A stretch of DNA of 43,428 nt from a virus (IMGVR_UViG_3300017655_000238:1-43428); one strand, 5' to 3'; counted from the stretch's first letter, positions 16,705 through 26,039 are shown. Notes: generated from the sequence alone by a model not told the origin. Numbers and translations are program-made.

Positions 16705-18926
16705 TGAATCCCTTTATTGAAGCCGCGCGGGCCTATATTGCCTTGGGTTGGTACGTGTTCCCCTGCTTTCCGGGCACGAAGAAACCGGCGACGGAGCACG
16801 GATGCCGCGATGCCTCTAACGATCCCGAGCAGATTGAACGCTGGTGGACGCAGAACCCATCCTACAATATCGGGCTGGCGTGCGGCCCGGCGTCGGGCGT
16901 TTACGTGGTCGACGTCGACGTTTCCCCAGTGAAGGGCATCGACGGCACGAACTCCATGATGAAGCTCCCGGCGTTGCCGGTGACGCCCGTGGCGGAGACG
17001 CCTGGCGGCGGGTTTCACTGGCTCTTTCGTACGGACGATCCGCCAGCCAATAAGAACGCTTTTCGGCCCGGCGTGGATATTCGGGGTGACGGGTATTACA
17101 TCCTTGTCGCGCCGTCGGTGCACCCGAACGGGGGCGTTTACGAATGGCGCGAAGGGGCGTCCCCGTGGGACGTGCCGCTGGCGGAGTATCCCGAGTTCAT
17201 GCGGCCCAAGAAGCCGAAGGCGGCGCCATGGCACGCGCCGGGGCCACGGCCTGCGCAGAACGGCGTGGAGGAGCGGGCGATTGCTTACCTGGCGCAGTGT
17301 GAGGTAGCGGTACAGGGGTTCAACGGTCACAACAAGCTGCTTTGGGCGGCGCGGGCGATGGTGCGCGGGTTTCAGCTTCCCGAAGAGGTGGCGTATTCGC
17401 TTTTGGCGATCCATTACAACCCCCGTTGTGTGCCGCCGTGGGATCTTTCCAATCCACGGGAGGAGAAGGATTTTCGGCGGAAGATCTTCGAAGCGTTGCG
17501 GACACCGGGGAGTCGCCCCGATGGCTGGCTTCTTGAAGAGACGTTCGCACCGGCGGATGAAGCTTTCCAAGCGTTCGCAGACCAGTTGGCGGGGCGGTTG
17601 CTGCGTCCGAGCGATATGGGGATTCCCATATCGGGACAGAATGGCGCAGTGGCGGCCCCCGAGATCGACCTTCTTCACCCGCCGGGGTTGGTGGGGGAGA
17701 TTGCGGCGTGGTTGGAGGAGACGGCACTTTGTACGCAGCCATGGCTGAACCTTGGCGCGGCGATCACTTTTTGCGGGGCGCTCATGGGGCGGAAGGTGCG
17801 GAGCGAGACGGATTCGAGGACGAACATTTATGCGATGGCGGTGGCCGAGACGAGCGCCGGGAAGGATCATGCCCGGAAGGCGTTGCGGAAGCTCGCGGCC
17901 GAAGCGGGGTGCTTGCAGTTGATCGGCGGCGAGGATGTTACCTCGGACGCAGCGATCGAGACGCAGCTCGAAGCGCAGCCGGTGACCTTGTTCCTTTGGG
18001 ACGAGATCGGGCATCTCTTCAAAACGCTCCAGCAGGACAAGAACAACTCGGCCCAGCAGAGGATCCTGCCCCTGCTGATGCGGCTCTATTCGTCGGCGTC
18101 TGAGACGGTGCTCGGCAAGGCGTATGCGGATCGACCGCCGCGGGTGTTTGATCAGCCGTGCCTCTCCATTTACGGGACGGGGGTGCCAGGGCGGTTCATG
18201 GGCGGGATCACGGCAGAGCAGTTGAGCGACGGGTTTCTCGCCCGGTTGCTGGTGTTCATCTCGCTGACGCGCCCGATGCCGGACATCAAGAAGGGTAAGA
18301 TGGTGACCCGTCCGGTGCCGCCAAAACTGGTCGAGCGGGTCCGGTCGCTTTGGCAGATGGTGGTGGCGCCGCCGCAGGAGGCCGGAAACATCGAGGCGCA
18401 GACGAGGGCGCACCAGGTGACGATTGTGGAGACGCCGGAGGCGGAGGCGTGGTTTGACGCGTTTGCGGTGGAGTGCCACAAGCGGCTCATTTCACCGCAA
18501 GAGAAGGATCGCAATGCGCTTTGGGGGAAGGCGGCGGAAAACGCTCGCAAGCTGGCGATGATCTGCGCAGTGGGCGATTGCCGGGACGGGCAATGGGGGA
18601 CGCAGATCGAGCTTTGTCATGCGGAGTGGGCTTCGATGGTGGTGACGAAGATCATCGGCGATTTCATGGCGCTGATCGCGGACAACATGGCAGAGACGCA
18701 GTTTGAGCGGGACAAGCTGCGGGTGCTTCGTGCAATTGAGCGGGGCGGTCAGGCGGGAGTTCGGAAAATGAATGTAACCCGTGCGACGCAGAGCCTTGCG
18801 CCAAACGTGCGGGAGATGGCGATCCGCGATCTTGTTGATTCCGGCCTTGTTGTCGCGAAGACGGAAGGGAGCGCAGTCCGGTATTTCAAAACCCCCTGGG
18901 GCGTTGATGCGCCTTTTCACGAATGA
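16704..18926 (+). CDS. Bifunctional primase-polymerase fused to a DUF3987-like helicase
   Basis: GWYVFPC...NIGLACG...VVDVD...TPGGGFHW...GYYILVAPSVH (Prim-Pol); TSAGKD (Walker A-like), LWDEIG, DGFLARLL. Confidence 0.9.
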   Translation: MNPFIEAARAYIALGWYVFPCFPGTKKPATEHGCRDASNDPEQIERWWTQNPSYNIGLACGPASGVYVVDVDVSPVKGIDGTNSMMKLPALPVTPVAETPGGGFHWLFRTDDPPANKNAFRPGVDIRGDGYYILVAPSVHPNGGVYEWREGASPWDVPLAEYPEFMRPKKPKAAPWHAPGPRPAQNGVEERAIAYLAQCEVAVQGFNGHNKLLWAARAMVRGFQLPEEVAYSLLAIHYNPRCVPPWDLSNPREEKDFRRKIFEALRTPGSRPDGWLLEETFAPADEAFQAFADQLAGRLLRPSDMGIPISGQNGAVAAPEIDLLHPPGLVGEIAAWLEETALCTQPWLNLGAAITFCGALMGRKVRSETDSRTNIYAMAVAETSAGKDHARKALRKLAAEAGCLQLIGGEDVTSDAAIETQLEAQPVTLFLWDEIGHLFKTLQQDKNNSAQQRILPLLMRLYSSASETVLGKAYADRPPRVFDQPCLSIYGTGVPGRFMGGITAEQLSDGFLARLLVFISLTRPMPDIKKGKMVTRPVPPKLVERVRSLWQMVVAPPQEAGNIEAQTRAHQVTIVETPEAEAWFDAFAVECHKRLISPQEKDRNALWGKAAENARKLAMICAVGDCRDGQWGTQIELCHAEWASMVVTKIIGDFMALIADNMAETQFERDKLRVLRAIERGGQAGVRKMNVTRATQSLAPNVREMAIRDLVDSGLVVAKTEGSAVRYFKTPWGVDAPFHE

Positions 18927-18933
18927 CCTCACC

Positions 18934-19131
18934 TGCACTTCACTTGCCGGTTAGTGAAGCGCAAGTGCCTGTTAATAAGCAGTTTACAATTAAACTTCAC
19001 TGAAATCGATCCTGTTCATTCCCTTCTTTTTCCTCTCATCTCCTTTTTCTATGAAAGAAGCCAGAAATCCAGTGAGTTCCCTTTCTAAGGCGCTCAAAGA
19101 CAATGATTTGCACTTCACTTCGGGAAAAGTG
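18934..19131. repeat. Iteron-like CTTCACT repeats, candidate replication origin
   Basis: TGCACTTCACTT at 18934 and 19109, ACTTCACT near 18994, inverted AGTGAAG at 18953; AT-rich and pyrimidine-rich spacer downstream of the primase. Confidence 0.5.
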
Positions 19132-19542
19132 ATTCACCCTGACGCTGAAACCGTCACGATTATTCTCCCTCTCCCCGCCAAGCGGCTCTCTCCGAACTGT
19201 GTCGTGGCGACTCGCGGCGGGCGGTTTGCCAAGGCGTCAGCGGTGAAGCGGTACCGAGCAATGGCGAAGGAGGCGGTCGAGGCGGCTTGCGTGGAAACCG
19301 GGCCGTGGGAGCGGGCGCTGGCGACGGTGACGTTCTTTTGGCCCGACAATCGCCGCAGAGATGAGGACAACGCCGTGGCGAGCCTGAAGGCGGCCTATGA
19401 CGGGATCGTGGATGCCGGGTTGATCGTCGATGACAACTCCCGCCATCTGCGTCGGGAGATGCCGGTGTTTGCGATTGATCGGGCAAGCCCTCGGGTGGAG
19501 ATCGTGGTTTCAAACTTGCATAGCCCGGGAAATGATGCGTAA
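19051..19542 (+). CDS. RusA-like Holliday junction resolvase
   Basis: LPLP...SPN...RRRDEDN...KAAYDGIVDAGLIVDDN; the real start may be GTG 19129. Confidence 0.8.
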   Translation: MKEARNPVSSLSKALKDNDLHFTSGKVIHPDAETVTIILPLPAKRLSPNCVVATRGGRFAKASAVKRYRAMAKEAVEAACVETGPWERALATVTFFWPDNRRRDEDNAVASLKAAYDGIVDAGLIVDDNSRHLRREMPVFAIDRASPRVEIVVSNLHSPGNDA

Positions 19543-19771
19543 AGCGCAAGGCATGGCAAGACGATCCTCCAACCTGGGCGCTCTGCTTGAGCGGTGTCAT
19601 TGCGGATGTGGATGGGTAATCCCCGCAGAACGAAGTTATGCCAGCCGGGGGTGTGCGAATCGGGTTGCCGGATTGGCCCGTGTGGGGATGAAGAAGGAAA
19701 AGGCATGGCAAGAGAAATGCGGCAAGGGTCGGGCGGTTGAGACCGATCGCTTTGCCGCGAGGTTTTGACTT

Positions 19772-20032
19772 ATGGGAGTGCTCAAGAATCAGAAGCATGA
19801 GCGGTTCGCACAACTGATCGCAACGGGGAAGGCTGCAAGCGCGGCCTATGCGGAGGTGTATGGCAAAAAAGGGCGGGCGGCTGAGGCAAACGGCTCGCGG
19901 TTGATGAGGAACGATAAGGTTTCGCTCAGAATTGATGAGTTGAAGCAAAAAGCGGCTGACGAAACGGTGCTTTCGTTGCGGGAAAAGCGTCAGTTCCTCG
20001 CTGCCGTGATGCGGACGCCGCTTGAGGAGGTC
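19772..20032 (+). pseudogene. terS: Terminase small subunit, C-terminally truncated or fused
   Basis: LKNQKHERFAQ...AYAEVY...NGSRLMRNDKVSLRIDEL HTH; after RTPLEEV the frame runs into low-quality sequence overlapping the next gene. Confidence 0.75.
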
Positions 20033-20046
20033 CCTGGGGCGAGCCG

Positions 20047-20292
20047 GTGCCGTTCATGCTTTTCTTCAAGGGCGGCTCTCCTCCCAAGCCGAAAGAGGTG
20101 GAGGTGGAACTTCCGCCGCCGCCCAAGCCGATCCCGCCCCCGCCTCCTCCCACGGAGTACCGGCCGGACATTGAGCAGGTGACGCTCGACACGCGCAACC
20201 GCGAGGCGAAGAAGCGCGGGATCGGGGCGACATTGCTGGCCGGGGAGACCGGCGGCACCAACGCAAACGGGAAGCGGACGCTTTTGGGATAA
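20047..20292 (+). CDS. Small Pro-rich virion protein preceding the portal (ends ...TLLG), probably 5'-truncated
   Basis: FKGG...PPPP...KKRGIGATLL...KRTLLG directly abutting the portal start. Confidence 0.65.
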   Translation: MPFMLFFKGGSPPKPKEVEVELPPPPKPIPPPPPPTEYRPDIEQVTLDTRNREAKKRGIGATLLAGETGGTNANGKRTLLG

Positions 20293-21981
20293 ATGGCGCA
20301 ACCCTCTCCAGAGATGGCGCAGAAGCTGATTGCACGGCACGCGGCCTTGAAGGCGGAGCGTGCGCCGTGGGATGCCTTTTGGCAGGAAGTCGGCGATTAC
20401 GTGATGCCGCGCAAGGCGGACATCATGGAACAGGTCAGTGTGCCAGGGACCGCGAAGCAGCAGGCGCTCTTTGATTCCACGGCGATCCGGGCCAACAACA
20501 TCCTTGCCAACGGGCAGCTTGCCTGGATGACGCCGCATGAAAGCCGGTGGTTTTCGTTTGACGCGCCGCCGGAACTCAAAGGGGTGGATGCTGTTGAGCA
20601 GTGGTTCAAGCGTTGCACGGAGATCGCGCACCTGGAGATTGCCCGGACGAACTTCTACAGCGAGATCCACGAGCTTTATCTGGATCGCGGGGCGTTCGGG
20701 ACGGCGGCGATCTTTTGCGATACCGGCAAGCGGAGCGCGTTGCGGTTTGAGACTTGGAACGTTGGTTCCTACTCGATTGCGGAGGATGACGAGGGGCTGA
20801 TTGATACGGTCTCGCGCGAGTATTGCCTGACGCTTCGGCAGGCGCGGCAGCATTTCGGGGAGGATGCCCTTTCCGAGGAGATGCGCAAGCGGCTCGAAGA
20901 AGCCAAGAGCGACCCGAAGAAGCTCGATGAGAAGTGGACCTTTATTCACATGATCTTCCCGCGTGACCCGGCGGAGATCGACCCGACCAAGGCCGACCCC
21001 GAAAACATGCCGATTGCTTCGGTTTACATCGACCAGAAGGCGAAGAAGGTGGTGCGGGTGTCGGGATTCATGGAACTGCCGTTCTTCGTTACGCGGTTCT
21101 TGAAGTGGGGTAAGTCGGCTTATGGCTGGTCGCCCTCCTGGGTAGCGTTGCCGGAGTCTCGGCAGTTGAACTTCCTGGTTAAGAACATGGATGCGCTCGC
21201 GGAGGTGACGGCGTTTCCGCGTTTGTTGGTGCCGCACAATTACGTTGGAGAGGTCGACACCCGCGCCGGAGGGGTGACGTACTTCGATCCCAACAACCCC
21301 AACGCGATGCCGAAGGAATGGGCGACAGGGGGGCGGTATGACGTGGGGCTGGATCGTGAGGATCGCAAGCGCAAGACGATCGAGGATGCCTACCACGTGG
21401 ACCTTTTCCAGATGTTTGCGCGGAATGAGAAGCAGATGACGGCGACGGAGATCATGGAGCGTTCGGCGGAAAAGCTGATTCAGTTCTCGCCGACTTTTGC
21501 CCGGATGACGACGGAGCTTTTCAACCCGATGCTGGCGCGGGTGTTCTCGGTGTTGCTTCGCGCCGGGATGTTTCCGCCGGTGCCGGAGGCGGCGGTGGTG
21601 ATGGATGAAACGGGAGCGTTCCTGCCGGAGCCGAAGATCAGCTATTCCTCGCGCATTGCGATGTCGGTTCGGGCGCTGGAGAACAATTCCTTTGGCCGGA
21701 TGGTGGAGCGGTTGATGCCGGTGGCGCAGATGCGGCCTGACATCCTCGACAACTTTGACTTTGACCGGATCATTCGCGAGACGGCTCGCAATGATGGCGT
21801 GCCTGCTGACTGGATCGCTGACGAGGAGATGGTGAAGCGGCTTCGCCAGGCGCGTGCGGAGGCGCAGGCGCAACAGGCTCAGATGGAGCAGGCACAGATG
21901 GCTGCCGATGCTGCGGCGAAGGTGGGCGGCATTAAACCGGAGAGCGCCGTTGGTCAGGTGCTCGGGGAGGCTTTGGGCTAA
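20293..21981 (+). CDS. Portal / head-tail connector (T7 gp8 / BPP-1 type)
   Basis: WQEVGDYVMP, FDSTA, GAFGTA, YGWSP, MTATEIMER motifs; 562 aa. Confidence 0.92.
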   Translation: MAQPSPEMAQKLIARHAALKAERAPWDAFWQEVGDYVMPRKADIMEQVSVPGTAKQQALFDSTAIRANNILANGQLAWMTPHESRWFSFDAPPELKGVDAVEQWFKRCTEIAHLEIARTNFYSEIHELYLDRGAFGTAAIFCDTGKRSALRFETWNVGSYSIAEDDEGLIDTVSREYCLTLRQARQHFGEDALSEEMRKRLEEAKSDPKKLDEKWTFIHMIFPRDPAEIDPTKADPENMPIASVYIDQKAKKVVRVSGFMELPFFVTRFLKWGKSAYGWSPSWVALPESRQLNFLVKNMDALAEVTAFPRLLVPHNYVGEVDTRAGGVTYFDPNNPNAMPKEWATGGRYDVGLDREDRKRKTIEDAYHVDLFQMFARNEKQMTATEIMERSAEKLIQFSPTFARMTTELFNPMLARVFSVLLRAGMFPPVPEAAVVMDETGAFLPEPKISYSSRIAMSVRALENNSFGRMVERLMPVAQMRPDILDNFDFDRIIRETARNDGVPADWIADEEMVKRLRQARAEAQAQQAQMEQAQMAADAAAKVGGIKPESAVGQVLGEALG

Positions 21982-22263
21982 ATGGACGCGATTGAGAGAG
22001 CCAAGCATGCGCAGCGGGTGGTCAACGCCTACCGGCGGGTGTTCGGGTCGGAGGAGGGCAAGCTGGTGCTGGAGGATCTGCGGGGAAAATTCGGCACCGA
22101 TAAACCTGCTTTCATCCCGAAGCCTGACGGCGGGTTTGATCCGCTTTGGGCGGCGGTGCGCGACGGGCAGCGGCAGGTGGTGATCCATGTCGAACACCAG
22201 ATGAGTCTCCCGGCGCAGGGGGACGGAAACGTTGAAGAACCACAAACGAAGGTAATCAAATGA
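21982..22263 (+). CDS. Bbp19-like phage protein
   Basis: YRRVFGSEEGKLVLEDL...RDGQRQVV directly after the portal. Confidence 0.75.
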   Translation: MDAIERAKHAQRVVNAYRRVFGSEEGKLVLEDLRGKFGTDKPAFIPKPDGGFDPLWAAVRDGQRQVVIHVEHQMSLPAQGDGNVEEPQTKVIK

Positions 22264-22598
22264 TCGAGATTAAAGACGGCGCGGTGTACCGCGATGATGA
22301 ACCAATCGGGACGGTGGACGGTGACAAGCTCATCGTGCCGGAGAAGCTGCATCACAAGGTGGCGGAGAAGATCGCGAAGGAGACGGGGCTTACGATTACC
22401 GTCGCCACTCCCGACGGTAATCCGCAGGAACCGCCTGCCGCGCCGCCGAAACAGCCTGAGCCACCCGCCAAGGTGGAAGAGCCGGAGCCGCCGAAGGATT
22501 ACCGGGGCGACAAGACCCCGGCGTTTGTCGATTGGATGTTTCGCAACCGGCCGCAGGAGGCCGCAAACCGGTACGCGAACCGGAAAATTTCGCGATAA
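22260..22598 (+). CDS. Hypothetical head-region protein
   Basis: ATGA-coupled; Pro-rich linker and GDKTPAFVDW motif. Confidence 0.65.
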   Translation: MIEIKDGAVYRDDEPIGTVDGDKLIVPEKLHHKVAEKIAKETGLTITVATPDGNPQEPPAAPPKQPEPPAKVEEPEPPKDYRGDKTPAFVDWMFRNRPQEAANRYANRKISR

Positions 22599-22603
22599 AC
22601 TTT

Positions 22604-22858
22604 ATGGACGCCAAAACAGAACAAAGCATCGTTGAAAACAAGAAGTTCCGCCTTGGGTTGGACGAGATACTTCAGAGCGTGAAGAACTCCGACCGCAAAA
22701 GCAGGGAGCGCTCCCTTGCGGTAACCAAGATTGAAGAGGCCATCATGTGGCTCGGGATGGACATGAAGGCGCTCAACAACGGGGTCTCTTGCTACAAGGA
22801 GGGGCACAACCCAAACAATGCCATCGTCGAGCCGATCCCTGATGGCGTGAAGCTGTAA
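22604..22858 (+). CDS. Acb2/Tad1-like helical hairpin protein (candidate signalling-nucleotide sponge)
   Basis: SRERSLAVTKIEEAIMWLG motif; 84 aa from ATG 22604. Confidence 0.65.
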   Translation: MDAKTEQSIVENKKFRLGLDEILQSVKNSDRKSRERSLAVTKIEEAIMWLGMDMKALNNGVSCYKEGHNPNNAIVEPIPDGVKL

Positions 22859-22862
22859 TTTT

Positions 22863-23720
22863 ATGCCTGAATCACTACTCGATGCCGGGGCCGCTGCGGC
22901 GGCCGGAACCACAGACCAGAATGCCGGTGCCGGTGCTGCCGGGGCCGCTGCAACTCCGCCCGCCGGGCTGCTTAATGCCGATGGCACCTTCTCCGATGGC
23001 TGGCTTGACCGACTGCCGGAATCGCTGGCGGAGGCCCGGCCTTCGCTGGAGAAGTTTCGGTCGTTCGAAGACCTCGCTAAAAGCTACACCTCGCTCCAGA
23101 CGGTCATGGGCAAGAAGGCGGATGCGGTCTTCCTTCCCAACGAGAAGTCGACGCCGGAGGAGGTCGCCGCTTTCCGTAAGGCGGCTGGTGTTCCGGAAGC
23201 GCCGGACGGCTACCAGCTCAAACCGGAGCAGCTTCCCGAAGGGTTGACGTGGGACGATGAGCTTGGCAAGGGGTTTGCCGAGATCGCGCACAAGCACAAC
23301 ATCCCGGCAGTTGCCATGAAGGAGCTGGCGGCCCGGTATGTGGCGAGCGAGGAGGCGAAGCTGGGGGCTTACGCGCAGTCTGCGGAGGCTGAACTGGCCA
23401 CAGGCAAGCAGGCGCTTCAGAAGGAGTTCGGCGCGAGCTTTCAAGCAAACATCCAGCTTGCAACCCGCATGGCGGGCACGGTGGGGCTGGACCCGGCTTC
23501 ACCGGGGCTGCGTGATCCCAACGTTGTTCGCGCGCTGGTGAACATGGCCAAGATGGTCAGTGAAGACAAGATCGCGGCGATCAGTGGCGGCCAGGTGGCG
23601 GGCGGGATGACTTCCAAGTCGATCCAGACCGACCCGTCCAATCCCCACCATGCACGCTACCTCAAGGGCGACCCGGAGGCGGTGACGCTGGTGCGGGATT
23701 TGATGCAGCGCGGGCTTTAA
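22863..23720 (+). CDS. Capsid scaffolding protein
   Basis: Low-complexity N-terminus, KFRSFEDLAKSY, GVPEAPDGY, VSED; located before the capsid gene. Confidence 0.8.
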   Translation: MPESLLDAGAAAAAGTTDQNAGAGAAGAAATPPAGLLNADGTFSDGWLDRLPESLAEARPSLEKFRSFEDLAKSYTSLQTVMGKKADAVFLPNEKSTPEEVAAFRKAAGVPEAPDGYQLKPEQLPEGLTWDDELGKGFAEIAHKHNIPAVAMKELAARYVASEEAKLGAYAQSAEAELATGKQALQKEFGASFQANIQLATRMAGTVGLDPASPGLRDPNVVRALVNMAKMVSEDKIAAISGGQVAGGMTSKSIQTDPSNPHHARYLKGDPEAVTLVRDLMQRGL

Positions 23721-23736
23721 GGTTTTCTGCCATGAG

Positions 23737-23775
23737 AAAGGGCCGGGACTTCCTTTGGGAGGTTCCGGCCTTTTT
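23737..23775 (+). terminator. Intrinsic terminator
   Basis: GGCCGGGACTTCC/GGAGGTTCCGGCC stem followed by TTTTT. Confidence 0.75.
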
Positions 23776-23788
23776 CGCGTCCTGGCGA

Positions 23789-23828
23789 AAAATAACTATT
23801 GCATCGCTTTGATGGAAATCCCACCACG
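23789..23828 (+). promoter_or_regulatory. Late-promoter-like motif, copy 1 (upstream of capsid gene)
   Basis: AAAATAACTATTGCATCGCTTT-nnn-GGAAATCC-n-AC-n-ACG, 35/40 identical to 37711-37750. Confidence 0.65.
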
Positions 23829-23837
23829 AAGAAGTCT

Positions 23838-23908
23838 GGTGGACAACTTGGGGAACCAAGCCCGCCTTCGCCGCACGAACGACGACCCGCCGGGGTGGTG
23901 GATAATCG
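23838..23908 (+). promoter_or_regulatory. Two hairpins sharing a 4x1 internal loop in the capsid 5' leader
   Basis: GGTGG-ACAA-CTTGG-GGAA-CCAAG-C-CCGCC and CGA-C-CCGCC-GGGGT-GGTGG-ATAA-TCG. Confidence 0.5.
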
Positions 23909-23959
23909 GATCGGTTTGATGAGGCATTTGAAATTCAAACACCAAAAAGAAAAAAGATT

Positions 23960-24856
23960 ATGCCTGATTTGACGATTCCCCAGCATTTCCCGATCGAGTT
24001 CGGGACGAACTGGGAATTTCTGCCTCAGCAGAAGCCTTCAATTTTGAAGGGATGCGTCACCCCGGCGACGGTGAACGGCGAGAAGAAGTCGTTCAACCAG
24101 CTTGGGCAGATGCAGATGAGCCGCATTACGGAGCGACTGGGTAAGACCCGCGTCTCTGAACTGCCGAGTGATAAGCGCTGGCTCACCAGCGTGCCGTACG
24201 ATGTGGCGAACCGGTACGACGAATGGGACCAGGATTTTCTGGGGTCCGTCGTCCTGCCGACCAGCGAGACGGTGCAGGCGCACCACATGGCCTACAACCG
24301 GGCGTGTGACCAGGTGATCATTGATTCGGCGCTCGGGACGACTTACACCGGCGAGGATGGGGTGATTGCAGCCCCGTTTGATTCCAACCAGGTGGTTGCG
24401 GTGGACTATGTGACCAGCGGTAGCCCCGCTAACTCCGGGCTGACGCTCGCGAAGCTGATCGCCCTCAAGAGCCTGTTCGGCAAGAACCTGGTGGAGGATG
24501 GGGAGGAAATCTTCTTCGTTCACACGCAGCAGCAGCTTGACGACCTCCTTCTGACCACGCAGGTGACCAGCAGCGATTACGCGGCGGTCAAGGCGCTGGT
24601 GGAGGGGGCGGTGACTCGGTTCATGGGGATGACCTTCAAACGGTCCGAACTGCTGCCGAAGGATTCGAGTGACATCCGCACTTGCTTCGCGTTTGTGAAG
24701 CGGGGAGTCAAGTTCACCGATTCGGGCCGCAAGGTGCATATGGACATCCTGCCGACCGAAAACCACGCGCTTCAGATCCGCTCCGTTGCCAAACTCGGCG
24801 GGGCGCGGATGGAGGAGAAACTGGTGGCGAAGGTCTACTGCGACGAAAGCCCGTAG
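23960..24856 (+). CDS. Major capsid protein (HK97 fold, BPP-1-like)
   Basis: QQKPSILK, AYNRACDQVII, SSDYAAVKALVEG...FMGMTF, GARMEEKLV; 298 aa following the scaffold. Confidence 0.9.
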   Translation: MPDLTIPQHFPIEFGTNWEFLPQQKPSILKGCVTPATVNGEKKSFNQLGQMQMSRITERLGKTRVSELPSDKRWLTSVPYDVANRYDEWDQDFLGSVVLPTSETVQAHHMAYNRACDQVIIDSALGTTYTGEDGVIAAPFDSNQVVAVDYVTSGSPANSGLTLAKLIALKSLFGKNLVEDGEEIFFVHTQQQLDDLLLTTQVTSSDYAAVKALVEGAVTRFMGMTFKRSELLPKDSSDIRTCFAFVKRGVKFTDSGRKVHMDILPTENHALQIRSVAKLGGARMEEKLVAKVYCDESP

Positions 24857-24889
24857 GAGACCTGCTAACACAGAAAGGAGAACAAGTTT

Positions 24890-25354
24890 ATGGCTACAAT
24901 TAAAACTGACCTGATCGGAAAGCTCGAAGCGACCAGCCCGAAGGCGCGGCCGCTGGGGTACGAGACCGGGGCTTCGCTGCTTCGTTTGACGGCGACCTAT
25001 ACGGCGACCGGCGACGAAGCTGCGGGGGACGTGATCGAGATCGGTGAACTGCCGATCGGCGCGGAACTGGTGCCCAACCTTTGCACGGTGATCTCCGAAG
25101 GCCTTGGCGGCACTACGGGGACGATCACGAAGCTGGGGGATGCGGAAGACGATGATCGCTACTCGGCCACGGCCATCGCGCTGACGGCGGCGGGGATCGT
25201 CAATGTCACGGCGACCAATGCGGCCGCGCTGACGCCGTACCGGGTGACCGAGGAGACCAAGCGGATCGCCGGAACCATCGGGCTTGCCAGCGGGAGCTTT
25301 ACCGCAGGCAAAAAGGTTCGCTTCCAGTTGGTCTACGTGATGTCGGGACGGTAA
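24890..25354 (+). CDS. Capsid decoration/cement protein
   Basis: Beta-rich, AGDVIEIGELPIGA, GDAEDDDRY; follows the capsid gene with AAAGGAG RBS. Confidence 0.65.
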   Translation: MATIKTDLIGKLEATSPKARPLGYETGASLLRLTATYTATGDEAAGDVIEIGELPIGAELVPNLCTVISEGLGGTTGTITKLGDAEDDDRYSATAIALTAAGIVNVTATNAAALTPYRVTEETKRIAGTIGLASGSFTAGKKVRFQLVYVMSGR

Positions 25355-25379
25355 CGGATTCTGCGGGGACATAGAGAGA

Positions 25380-25424
25380 GGGGCCGTGGGCGTGTTTGCT
25401 GGTTTGTCACGCTCACGGCCTTTT
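25380..25424 (+). terminator. Intrinsic terminator after the head genes
   Basis: GGCCGTGGGCGTG/CACGCTCACGGCC stem followed by TTTT. Confidence 0.75.
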
Positions 25425-25448
25425 GCTTGAAACGGGAGAGAAACGAAA

Positions 25449-26039
25449 ATGGCGGATGCGATTGAGATTTGTAATCTGGCGCTCGGAAAGATCGGGGAGC
25501 TGCGGATTTCCGCGTTGTCGGAGCCGAGCCAGCCTGCGCGGTTTTGTGCGCTCTTCTATGCGCAGACGCGGGACGAGGTGTTGCAGGCGGCGAACTGGAA
25601 CTTTGCGATCCGCCGGGTGGTGCTTTCCCGGCTGGCCGAAACGCCGAAGTTCGGCTGGGCTTACCAGTACCAGTTGCCGGTCGACTGCCTGTCGGTGATC
25701 CAGCTCAATGCCTGGCAGGCGTGGGAGGCGCGGGATCTTTACGAGATCGAGGGGGAGCGATTGCTCACCGATCAGGAGAGCGCGCAGTTGCGTTACACGG
25801 CCCGGGTGGAGGATTCCGAGATTTTCCCGCCGCTCTTTGTGGAGGCGCTCTACACCAAGCTGGCCAGCAAGCTGGCGGAGCCGATCATGGGGAGCCGCTC
25901 GAAGGCGGAAAGTTTGCTTGGCGAATACGACAAGCTGGTGGCGCCGCTGGCGATGAAGGCGAATGCCCGGGAGGGGCGATCGCGGCGCAAGCTTCCCTAT
26001 GTGGAGAGTGATCTGGTGAGAGCGAGGTATGGGGTATGA
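25449..26039 (+). CDS. Tail tubular protein A / adaptor (T7 gp11-like)
   Basis: ICNLALGKIG...WNFA...YQLPVDCL...FVEAL. Confidence 0.85.
   Translation: MADAIEICNLALGKIGELRISALSEPSQPARFCALFYAQTRDEVLQAANWNFAIRRVVLSRLAETPKFGWAYQYQLPVDCLSVIQLNAWQAWEARDLYEIEGERLLTDQESAQLRYTARVEDSEIFPPLFVEALYTKLASKLAEPIMGSRSKAESLLGEYDKLVAPLAMKANAREGRSRRKLPYVESDLVRARYGV

Noticed and set aside
19430-19768. CDS between rusA and terS
   Set aside because: No recognisable motif or clear RBS; it may be a small gene or a promoter/pac region, but I cannot support a call.
20033-20182. Genuine C-terminus of TerS
   Set aside because: Arg/Ser-rich out-of-frame read-through over the Pro-rich TLLG gene; better explained by a deletion junction.
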